Below are positions 1 through 7,737 of a stretch of 64,000 nucleotides of DNA, one piece after another. Numbering within the stretch: the first letter of the stretch is position 1; every line of letters starts with the position of its first letter. Under the pieces are notes generated by a model. That model was not told where the DNA came from. It worked only from the letters and a program-made list of their open reading frames with translations, and searched no databases. The stretch comes from Acidobacteriota bacterium (lineage in GTDB: Bacteria > Acidobacteriota > Terriglobia > Versatilivoradales > Versatilivoraceae): NCBI GenBank assembly GCA_022821775.1, contig JAJECY010000247.1, positions 2,368 through 66,367 on the forward strand, read 5' to 3'. The translations under genes were made by a program, and so were the position numbers.

Positions 1-2778
1 AGAGCTTCCCCCGTCGGGGGTGGTGAGCAGGACACGGTACTGGAGCCAGCGGTGGTCCGGGGGAGGAGGGGAAAGGGCGGTGGGCTGCCGGTAATGGCTG
101 CCGGGGCCGTCCGGCCCTTCCCAGGCCGCGGCCCCTACGGCCTCCGGAGTCGATCCGCTGCGCAGTTGAAACGTCACCGCCGTCCCGTGGGGTGTCCGAG
201 CCTGCCAGTCCAGCCTGGAGGGCCGTTTGCCCGGCGGGATGCTCAGCATAGGCGAACGGTATTCCTCTTGCAATCTCCTGTCATAGATGTTGCCGACGTC
301 GTGGCGGACGCTGAAGTGGGGCCCGAAGGTCTGGATCCAGAGCCGCCTGGCGTAGGAATACCCCTGGGGGGATCCCCAGAAGATGTTGGTGCCGACCCCG
401 TGGTCGCCGTCGCGCAGGTGGTTGAAGGGGACGATATCCATCCATCCGTCCCGGTTCAGATCGGCCACGGTGAGGGCCAGCGTCGATTCTCCGGGCAGTC
501 CCGTCCTGCGGGACTCGCTGTAGCCCTCCGGGCCGCCCCAGTAGATGAAGCAGGGCAGCCTGCGGGTGGTGTAAGCGTGATAGTTGGTCATGACGATGTC
601 CAGATAGCCGTCCTTGTTGAGGTCGGCCACCGACTGCTCCTCCGACTCGTAGGCCTCCAGCCTCTGGCTGCGGGAGAGGTCGAACCCTTCCGCGCCCCCC
701 CAGAGCAGGGTGGCGTGGCGCATGGGGCGCCCGTGCCTGGCCATGTCGTAGACGCCGCCCAGAATCAGGTCCAGCCAGCCGTCGGCGTTGAGATCGGCGA
801 TCTCCACCGTGGAGGCCGAATGGACCTTGAGCAGACTGTGGTTGTCCCGGCTGTAGTCTCCGCCGGAACTGCCCCAGAAGATGTCCACGTTTTCCCGGTC
901 CACGTCGGGGAAAATCAGGTCCAGAAACCCGTCCCTGTTGAGGTCGGCGATGGCGGCGCTCTGGCTGATGTTGGTGTTCAGGGTCAGCTCGGTGCGGCGC
1001 CGGCTGCTGAATCCGTCCTCTCCGCCCCACAGGAGGATGCCCCGGGATGGAACATCCTGGCTGTAGGCCGAGCCGGCGGGAATGACCAGGTCGAGGTAAC
1101 CGTCGCGATTGAGATCGGCCGTCGAGGCCCCGTGCCCCTCTTCCAGGTTCAGCTCCTCCCGCCGCTGGGCTCCATGGCCTTCGGCGTGTCCCCAGTAGAT
1201 CCAGCCGTTGGGAAAGGCGATGTCGGTCCAGCCGTCTCGATTCAGGTCGGCGATGGCCGGCACCGCGCCGATGGCTCCGGGCACCCTTGAAACCGATGCC
1301 GCCGAGTAGTGATGGCGTGGATTCCCCCAGTAGATCAGGGAATCGATGGCGTCGCGCGAGCCGCTGTTGCGGTTGACCAGCACCAGGTCGGACCAGCCGT
1401 CCCGGTCCAGGTCGGCGCCCTGCAGGCTCACCGGGCCAAACCCCTGCAGGTGGCTGCGGTGGGCCGGATCGAAGCCTTGCGGGCCGTTCCAGTAAATATA
1501 GGAGGGCACGTCGTGGGTTCGGGAATCGCCTTCGTTGGCAAAGGCCAGGTCGATCCAGCCGTCCCGGTTGAAGTCGACCGCCACCACATCGCTGGCGTCC
1601 AGGGTGGGCAGGTCGGTCCGGCGCGCTATTTCGAATCCCTGCGGGCCGCCCCAGTAGATGGTAGAGGGCTTGTCACCCCGGTTGGCCAGGATCAGGTCGG
1701 GAAAGCCGTCCCGGTTCAACTCGGCGACTTCGCATCGAACGGCTCCGCCGGTCGGCAGTTCCGTCCACGGCTCCGCGGGAAAGCCTTGAGTGCCGCCTTT
1801 GAAGAGCTGGGCCCGGTTGTCGCGGTGAGTCACCACCAGGTCCGGGGAGCCGTCCCGGTCCAGGTCGGCCAGGCGAAGTCCGACCGGGTCCCCGCCCACC
1901 ATTTGTTCGCGCCGCTCGACGGAGAAGCCTGCGGGCCCGCCCCAGTAGAGATAAACGCTCTTCTCCTCGGCGTTGTTGTTCACCAACAGCAGCTCGGGAA
2001 AGCCGTCCCGGTCGAGGTCTCCGGCAGCCACGTCCAGGGCGCTGATCGAGGGCACCACCGACCGCCTCCCGCTGCTGAAGCCCGTGGGACCGTTCCAGTA
2101 GATGTATGACTCCAGGTGTTGGGCCGTCCCGAAGCGCTTCCAGCCCTCGATGCCGTGGTTGGCGATGGCCAGGTCCACAAATCCGTCCCGATTGAAATCG
2201 GCCGCCGCCACCGCGCTGCCCAGCAGGGTGGGCAACAGCGTCCGCCGGTCGGGCCGGAACCCCTCACGGGATCCCCAGTAGATCATGGCGTCGGTCTCAA
2301 CGCCGTAGTTGTGAATGAAGTTGCAGAAGACCAGGTCCAGGTAGCCGTCCTGATTGAGGTCCTCCAGCAGGGAACGCCCGCCCCCCTTGCCGGGAAGCCG
2401 GGTCACGCCGGCCTCGCGCTTGCGAATCTCCCGCAGGAGCCTGCCCAACGGCTGCTGGTCGGGCAGGTCCGGAAGCAGGGAGCGGAACCCCCGCGGGCCT
2501 CCCCGGTAGATGAGCACGTCCTCGCTCTCAACCTGGTTGTGGTCCTGTCCCACGAACAGGTCCAGGAAACCGTCGTTGTTCAGGTCCCAGCGGTGAATCA
2601 TCTCGAGGGTACCGGCCCGGCTGATGTACAGATTGGCTCCTCCGTCGGCCAGTGTCCCCCGCGAGAAGTCCTCGAAGCTGGAGTGACGCACCCAGGGCTG
2701 ATGGGAGACCGGACCCGAGGCGGCCGACAGCAGCAGCCCCGCCCCCAGGCACCCGGCGATGAAGGAGATCCTGGTCAT
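1..2778 (-). CDS. FG-GAP/VCBS-like repeat (integrin-alpha-type beta-propeller) secreted protein; its 3' end lies beyond the window start
   Basis: This gene is missing from the ORF track because it runs off the window. My translation from the minus-strand ATG at 2778-2776 gives MTRISFIAGCLGAGLLLSAAS (signal peptide), then many repeats with motif D(L/F)NRDG(F/W/Y)xD(L/I)...IYWG. Plus-strand track ORFs 52-1290, 1309-2109 and 2116-2826 are shadows. Confidence 0.72.
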   Translation of the reverse strand, partial: MTRISFIAGCLGAGLLLSAASGPVSHQPWVRHSSFEDFSRGTLADGGANLYISRAGTLEMIHRWDLNNDGFLDLFVGQDHNQVESEDVLIYRGGPRGFRSLLPDLPDQQPLGRLLREIRKREAGVTRLPGKGGGRSLLEDLNQDGYLDLVFCNFIHNYGVETDAMIYWGSREGFRPDRRTLLPTLLGSAVAAADFNRDGFVDLAIANHGIEGWKRFGTAQHLESYIYWNGPTGFSSGRRSVVPSISALDVAAGDLDRDGFPELLLVNNNAEEKSVYLYWGGPAGFSVERREQMVGGDPVGLRLADLDRDGSPDLVVTHRDNRAQLFKGGTQGFPAEPWTELPTGGAVRCEVAELNRDGFPDLILANRGDKPSTIYWGGPQGFEIARRTDLPTLDASDVVAVDFNRDGWIDLAFANEGDSRTHDVPSYIYWNGPQGFDPAHRSHLQGFGPVSLQGADLDRDGWSDLVLVNRNSGSRDAIDSLIYWGNPRHHYSAASVSRVPGAIGAVPAIADLNRDGWTDIAFPNGWIYWGHAEGHGAQRREELNLEEGHGASTADLNRDGYLDLVIPAGSAYSQDVPSRGILLWGGEDGFSSRRRTELTLNTNISQSAAIADLNRDGFLDLIFPDVDRENVDIFWGSSGGDYSRDNHSLLKVHSASTVEIADLNADGWLDLILGGVYDMARHGRPMRHATLLWGGAEGFDLSRSQRLEAYESEEQSVADLNKDGYLDIVMTNYHAYTTRRLPCFIYWGGPEGYSESRRTGLPGESTLALTVADLNRDGWMDIVPFNHLRDGDHGVGTNIFWGSPQGYSYARRLWIQTFGPHFSVRHDVGNIYDRRLQEEYRSPMLSIPPGKRPSRLDWQARTPHGTAVTFQLRSGSTPEAVGAAAWEGPDGPGSHYRQPTALSPPPPDHRWLQYRVLLTTPDGGSS

Positions 2779-3575
2779 GGCTGTGACGGGGCGGGCGGCG
2801 GCCCCTTGAACAGCAGGGGACCGTAGACCTCGTAGGAGTGGAAGCCGCCGCTTTCGGTCACCGGGGCGGTGGCGGTATTGAGCGGCTGTTCCCAGCGCGC
2901 GTCATAGTCATAGCGGCAGACCGCCGCCTTCCAGACCTCCCCCTGCTTTGGGATTGAGTTCCCGGCGTGATGCAGATCGGCCAGGGGAAGAGCCAGCTCC
3001 AAAGACCACCCCCGGTCGTCGTCTTCCGGATAATTGAGGGTGCCGTCCACCGACACCGCCACCCGGAGTTGGCTGTCCCAGGCCGTGGCCTCATCCAGAG
3101 GGGCGCCGCGCTTGACAAAGTAGGCGTCGAAGATCTGGTTGCTGGCGCTGAACTCGAACTCGTAGTAGAGCAGGGAGGACTCCAGCGGCTTGATGAAGAG
3201 CTCCAGCACATCCTCCTCCCACAAGCGGGCGTCGCGCCCTTTCAGGGTGGAGCCGACGTCCCGGTCCTTAGCCGTCATGGCCACGAAGAGTTCCTCCCCG
3301 TCCCAGAGGAACCTGGCCGAGGCCCGCGCCGGGGACACCGGGTTGCCCACGCCGTCGAACCGCAACGGGATCTCCGGCGCCTGCTGCCAGGCAGGCTCGT
3401 CCGGGCGGCCGTCGATCTCGATGGGATCGCTGGTCAGATAACAGGGAATCGGGTCGGCCTCGGCTGTCGCCGGGGCAGCGCCTTCCGGCGCCGGATCGAC
3501 CTCCGGCGCCGGAGAGCAGGAAACGCCCAGCAGAACCACTAGAAGCGGAATAAGGAATCGGGTGTTGACTCTCAT
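2775..3575 (-). CDS. secreted CBM9-like/DOMON-like carbohydrate-binding domain protein
   Basis: N-terminal signal peptide (LLVVLLGVSCS). Body resembles family-9 carbohydrate-binding / DOMON-like folds (DGRPDEPAWQQA...FLWDGEELFVAMT...EEDVLELFI). Its stop overlaps the start of the downstream FG-GAP gene by ATGA at 2775-2778. Confidence 0.6.
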   Translation of the reverse strand: MRVNTRFLIPLLVVLLGVSCSPAPEVDPAPEGAAPATAEADPIPCYLTSDPIEIDGRPDEPAWQQAPEIPLRFDGVGNPVSPARASARFLWDGEELFVAMTAKDRDVGSTLKGRDARLWEEDVLELFIKPLESSLLYYEFEFSASNQIFDAYFVKRGAPLDEATAWDSQLRVAVSVDGTLNYPEDDDRGWSLELALPLADLHHAGNSIPKQGEVWKAAVCRYDYDARWEQPLNTATAPVTESGGFHSYEVYGPLLFKGPPPAPSQP

Positions 3576-3732
3576 GAAATCGGCCTCAATGACCAGCGGT
3601 TGGTTTTGACTAAATTTCCCAGGCGCCGACGACCTCTCCCGGGCCCTGAAACGAATTCGAATTCGATTGGCGTCCCATTGTCTCCAAAGAGGATCTCCCG
3701 ACTCCGATTTTACAAAAGGCGCCCCTGACGGA

Positions 3733-4209
3733 CTATTCGGTAACGCCGGCCTCTTTCATGGCGGCCTCGGCCCGCTTCGCCATCTCCTCCTCGGAGACGT
3801 CCTCCACGTGGCTGCTGATCGTCCACACGTGGCCGAAGGGATCGCTCAGCGTGCCGGACCGGTCTCCGTAGAACTGATCCTGCAGCGGGCGCATTTCCTT
3901 GCCCCCGGCCGCGATCGCCTGCGGGTAGATCTTGTCCACATCATCGACGTAGACCATCAGGCTCACGGAGGTACCCCCAAGAGACTCGGGACCTTTGTAA
4001 CCCATGTCGGGATACTCATCGGCGAGCATGACGTGGGAGTCCCCGATCTTGATCTCCGCGTGCCCGATCTTGCCGCCGGGAGCCTCCATGCGATACAGCT
4101 CCACGGCCCCAAGCGCCTTCTTGTAGAACTCGATGGCGGCGGCCGCGTTCTTCAGGATCAGATAGGGCGTGACCGAGTGGTACCCCTCGGGAATCGGTGA
4201 AACCGGCAT
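3733..4209 (-). CDS. VOC family (glyoxalase/bleomycin-resistance, PhnB-like) protein
   Basis: 158-aa ORF with typical VOC/PhnB-like sequence (VTPYLILKNAAAAIEFYKKALGA...HAEIKIGDSHVMLADE...FGHVWTI). Confidence 0.85.
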   Translation of the reverse strand: MPVSPIPEGYHSVTPYLILKNAAAAIEFYKKALGAVELYRMEAPGGKIGHAEIKIGDSHVMLADEYPDMGYKGPESLGGTSVSLMVYVDDVDKIYPQAIAAGGKEMRPLQDQFYGDRSGTLSDPFGHVWTISSHVEDVSEEEMAKRAEAAMKEAGVTE

Positions 4210-4344
4210 GGTGCTTGTCCTCCTTGGTTAAGTCCTCGATGGCAGATGACGCCACCACAGTATGGGGAAGTAGTGCCTCTGGGTGGCGAATTGTAACTGG
4301 TGTTGCTTCTGCTTGGCCAGTTTGGTCCGGAACACACGACAATA

Positions 4345-6066
4345 TCAGGAGCGGTGCAGCACCGTGTCCCGCAGGGGCAGGCTGGGACCCAGGTCCGGGT
4401 CCTCGTTGCGGTGGTAGTTCCTGCCCATCAGGTAGCGGATTTCCAGTTCCACGTCGTGCAGGAAAATTTCGGGAACGATTGTGGCGTCCCGGTGCTCCAG
4501 CAAGACCTCCACTTCGTTGTTCCCCTTCCGAGGCCAATGGGAGGAATCCAGGCGATAGACGAACCAGTAGCCGAAGCCCCCGCCCCGGTTGGGCGTGCTC
4601 ATGCGATAGAGCTGGTTGATCTTGCGCAGGCCCGAATCGGGCAGGGTCCGGCCGTTGAGGCGGAAGGCCAGCCGGTCCAGTTGATTGGTGTTCATCACGC
4701 GAAACCTCAGCAGCGCCTCGTGGACACGTCCGGCCCGGTTCCAGAAGGGGAGGTCGTCGCTGACGGGGAGTTCCAGGCGAAGGGGTTCGCCCGGTGTCAG
4801 CTTGCGGGGCAGGGGCATCGCCGGTTCCCAGGGAGGGGACTTGTAGTTCCCCGCTGTCGGGACCAGGTAGAGCTTGTCCTTGGGCGCCATGATGTCGGGA
4901 TGGGGAATTTCCCGAAGTTGTTCGTAGAAGGGAGCCCGATAGGGCCAGTTGGCACCCTGGAACCACTGGTTGAGGTAGATGCCGTGGACCCCTTGATCCC
5001 AGTAGTTGCAGGCCGCCGCCCGGATGACTTCGATGGACCCGTTGGAAAGGCGGTCGGAGTCGACCATGCTGTTGAGCACGGCGAAAACGCGGGTGGGCGT
5101 GCCCTTGGCTGCCTCAAGCAATGGCCGGTAGTCGGCCGCATGGTCCACCCGCCCCCAGTAGACCCCGAAGGTCTCGCCGATGATGACGTCCACGATCCCC
5201 TGCCGCATCCACTCCCTCACGTCCAGGCCCAGGTCCAGGCAGGTGTCGAGGTCTCCTGGGACCCGGATGGCCAGCTCGCGGTCCTGTCCTGTCTGCTTCA
5301 AGGCCCGGTGGACCCTTTCGATCCAGGCGGTCATGAGAGGCCGGCCGGCCTGGACTTCGCCGGGATGGAAGAAGTGGGGAGAGGGGCTCTGGTAGGCCAG
5401 CGTCAGCTCGAATCCATCCACCGGGTAGTTTTTGAGCACCTCTTCGATCAGGGCGAATCGCTCCTCCCGGACCTCCGGATGCTTGAAGTCCAGGCTGGTG
5501 AGCCCGGGGAACTCCGGGTCCAGGTCGCCGCGGGCGCCGATCTCCAGGTGCTGGTTGTCGAAGCGGAACAGGGAGCTGCGCACGTCTTCCTCCCGGGACC
5601 CGCGCCTGCCCTGGTTCACCAGCAAGGCGGGATAGAGCAGCATTCCCTTTTCGTGGGCCCGATCGCAGAGCAGCTTCAACTGGTCCAGCCCGGCGTCCAG
5701 CAGCGACCTGGCGTTCTGGTGGGCCCGCTGGAAGACCACGTGGGGCCACTTGCGGACGTGATGTCCGAACACCTCTCCCACCCGGGTGTCGTGAAAGACG
5801 GTGCGGCCGTCCGCCAGGCAGAAATTGAGCACCTCCACCGAGGTCTCCACCAACTCGTCCACGGCAGCTTCCACCTCCTGTTTCCGGATGGGGGGCTCGT
5901 ACATGTACATGAGGGGATGGCGGCTGTCGTGATAGAACATGATGCGCGGCTTCTTCCGGGCGGCTCCCGACCGTGGCCGAATGGGCTCCGCCGGTGACGG
6001 CGGGGTCAGCAGGCCCGGAGCCAGGCCGGCGGCCAGGGCGGTTCTCACGAATTCGCGTCGTTTCAT
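4345..6066 (-). CDS. TAT-signal secreted putative glycoside-hydrolase-like (TIM-barrel) protein, paralog of 45844..47568
   Basis: The track ORF 4345..6444 is trimmed to the internal ATG at 6066, which gives MKRREFVRTALAAGLAPGLL (twin-arginine motif) with GGAGG six nt upstream. The protein is collinear in length and sequence with the ORF at 45844..47568 (FYHDSRHPLMYMYEPP vs FFDDGRHAADLYCFEPP, and C-terminal LNGRTLPDS vs FNGQELPDS). Family not assigned. Confidence 0.7.
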   Translation of the reverse strand: MKRREFVRTALAAGLAPGLLTPPSPAEPIRPRSGAARKKPRIMFYHDSRHPLMYMYEPPIRKQEVEAAVDELVETSVEVLNFCLADGRTVFHDTRVGEVFGHHVRKWPHVVFQRAHQNARSLLDAGLDQLKLLCDRAHEKGMLLYPALLVNQGRRGSREEDVRSSLFRFDNQHLEIGARGDLDPEFPGLTSLDFKHPEVREERFALIEEVLKNYPVDGFELTLAYQSPSPHFFHPGEVQAGRPLMTAWIERVHRALKQTGQDRELAIRVPGDLDTCLDLGLDVREWMRQGIVDVIIGETFGVYWGRVDHAADYRPLLEAAKGTPTRVFAVLNSMVDSDRLSNGSIEVIRAAACNYWDQGVHGIYLNQWFQGANWPYRAPFYEQLREIPHPDIMAPKDKLYLVPTAGNYKSPPWEPAMPLPRKLTPGEPLRLELPVSDDLPFWNRAGRVHEALLRFRVMNTNQLDRLAFRLNGRTLPDSGLRKINQLYRMSTPNRGGGFGYWFVYRLDSSHWPRKGNNEVEVLLEHRDATIVPEIFLHDVELEIRYLMGRNYHRNEDPDLGPSLPLRDTVLHRS

Positions 6067-6301
6067 CGAAGCCTCCTTGAAGGGTGGTTGGAATGGGCGT
6101 CGCTCGGGTCCATTTCTATCAAAGGCTCGAACCGGAGCAAAGCCTTGGCTTACCCGTTCTCCCGCAAGCTTCGCCTGGCCCGCAACCATCTCCGGCCGGC
6201 GGCAATCCATGCAGCGTCCTCTTGACAGGAGACCCGGTTCAACTCTAGGAATGCTGTGAACACAACGAATGCTGTCCCATTCAGCAGAAAGGGCCTCTCC
6301 C

Positions 6302-7129
6302 ATGAAACGCGCGATTCTCTCCGGTGCTCTGTCATTTTGTCTTTGTCTGCCCGCTATTGCCGAAGGACCGGGCCTTGACCGGGATACGCATCCACTGGGC
6401 CTGCCGCTGGCCACGCCCTTGGCCGTGATACCGACTTCGGCCAATTCGCCCGGCCGTTTTGGAGCCTATTTCAGGACCCGCGTGGTCATACATAACCTTA
6501 CTTCCAGTAGCTACACCATCAATGCCCTGTTGTGCGGGCCGAACGGCATTGTTTCCGAACGCTCGATTTCAATGAGCCCCAATCAATACCTGTCGTACGA
6601 AAACTTCTTGCAGGACGTTTTCGATTATCGGGGCGCCGGAGCGGTGATACTGTTGGCGGAAATAAGCTCGCTGAACCCGAATGACCCTGATCTGGTAGGC
6701 AACGCGCCCTACAAGTTTTCGGTGACGGCGGAAGTGTACAGCGACTCGCCCAACGGCCGTTATACCACTACGGTTGTCAACGGCATTGTGCCCCTGGTCG
6801 ATGCGGCTCCCGAGGCCTATAGCGCCGGCATTACCGTGGGTCCGGATCAGAGACTCAACGTAGGCGTCTTCAACTTCGGCGACAGCACCAGCTCGGTTCA
6901 GGCCGTAGTGCACGATTCTTCCGGGATGGTGGTCCAAACCATTCGTTTCAACGCCGGCGCCTTCTCATGGCAGCAGAAAAACGTCAGCAGCCCGGTAACC
7001 GACGGTTTCATCAGTTGGCGGATCGACAGCAGCCCGGATACGCTACCCTACCTCTGGGCCGTATCGATTGACAACCAATCCAATGACGGCACATTGACTT
7101 GGCCGATACGGCCTGATATCACTGAGTGA
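6302..7129 (+). CDS. hypothetical secreted protein (visibly lower GC than neighbours)
   Basis: Internal ATG at 6302 gives MKRAILSGALSFCLCLPAIA signal peptide. No recognisable domain. Codon usage is more AT-rich than flanking genes. Confidence 0.5.
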   Translation: MKRAILSGALSFCLCLPAIAEGPGLDRDTHPLGLPLATPLAVIPTSANSPGRFGAYFRTRVVIHNLTSSSYTINALLCGPNGIVSERSISMSPNQYLSYENFLQDVFDYRGAGAVILLAEISSLNPNDPDLVGNAPYKFSVTAEVYSDSPNGRYTTTVVNGIVPLVDAAPEAYSAGITVGPDQRLNVGVFNFGDSTSSVQAVVHDSSGMVVQTIRFNAGAFSWQQKNVSSPVTDGFISWRIDSSPDTLPYLWAVSIDNQSNDGTLTWPIRPDITE

Positions 7130-7164
7130 TCCGTCAACCCCTATTCCCTGGGCAGGGCGTTTCC

Positions 7165-7713
7165 ATGAAGCACAGCAACCAACCAATGATTCGCATGCTT
7201 CTGATTGCCCTCGCCGGAACGGTCCTGCTCTGGTGGGTCCCGACCCCCTCGGACTGGAGTCGGCTTTCGGCCGGACTGCAGGCTGCCAGGGCAGCGATGG
7301 GAGCCGAGTCGGAAGTGCGCCCGCGGCCCGCTTACCCGCCGGAAAAGGTGGTGCGCATCCAGATCGAGGCTCTGGGGAACAATGACCGGCCCCACACGGA
7401 TGCCGGAATCGAGATCACCTTCCGTTTCGCCTCGCCGGCCAACAGGAAGGTCACCGGTCCCCTGGCGCGTTTCATCGAGATGGTGCACAACCCGGCTTAC
7501 CGGCCCATGCTCAATCATCGCGGGGCCCGCTATGGTAAACTCAAGCGGGAGGGGAATCACGCCTCCCAGACGGTGATTCTGAAGTCCAGCGACGACGGCC
7601 GGGTGGGCTATCTCTTCCAGTTGTCCCGGCAGACCGAAGCTCCCTACAAGGACTGCTGGATGACCGACAGCGTGATGCGCTTCGACGTTCGAGAGGATTA
7701 CCGGCAGGTCTGA
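7165..7713 (+). CDS. hypothetical protein (possibly DUF4864-like)
   Basis: ATG at 7165 (MKHSNQPMIRMLLIALAGTVLLW, signal/TM). Conserved-looking core YPPEKVVRIQIEALGNND...IEITFRFASP. Family name is from memory and is uncertain. Confidence 0.5.
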   Translation: MKHSNQPMIRMLLIALAGTVLLWWVPTPSDWSRLSAGLQAARAAMGAESEVRPRPAYPPEKVVRIQIEALGNNDRPHTDAGIEITFRFASPANRKVTGPLARFIEMVHNPAYRPMLNHRGARYGKLKREGNHASQTVILKSSDDGRVGYLFQLSRQTEAPYKDCWMTDSVMRFDVREDYRQV

Positions 7714-7737
7714 TCTCGGCTCCAAGCGCTGCCTCAA

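Noticed and set aside
52-2826. Plus-strand track ORFs 52..1290, 1309..2109 and 2116..2826 (and minus 281..1030)
   Set aside because: Low-complexity Gly/Pro/Val/Arg-rich translations. The opposite strand encodes one continuous FG-GAP repeat protein with a signal peptide, so these are GC-rich shadow ORFs.
3667-5997. Plus-strand ORFs 3667..4200 and 4300..5997, and minus ORFs 4016..4966 / 5114..5749
   Set aside because: Antisense or alternative-frame shadows of the VOC gene and the TAT-signal hydrolase-like gene. No motifs. Arg/Pro/Gly-rich.
4345-6444. Full-length 699-aa reading of track ORF 4345..6444
   Set aside because: The first 126 codons lack coding character. The internal ATG at 6066 gives a canonical twin-arginine signal with GGAGG upstream and matches the paralog's length.
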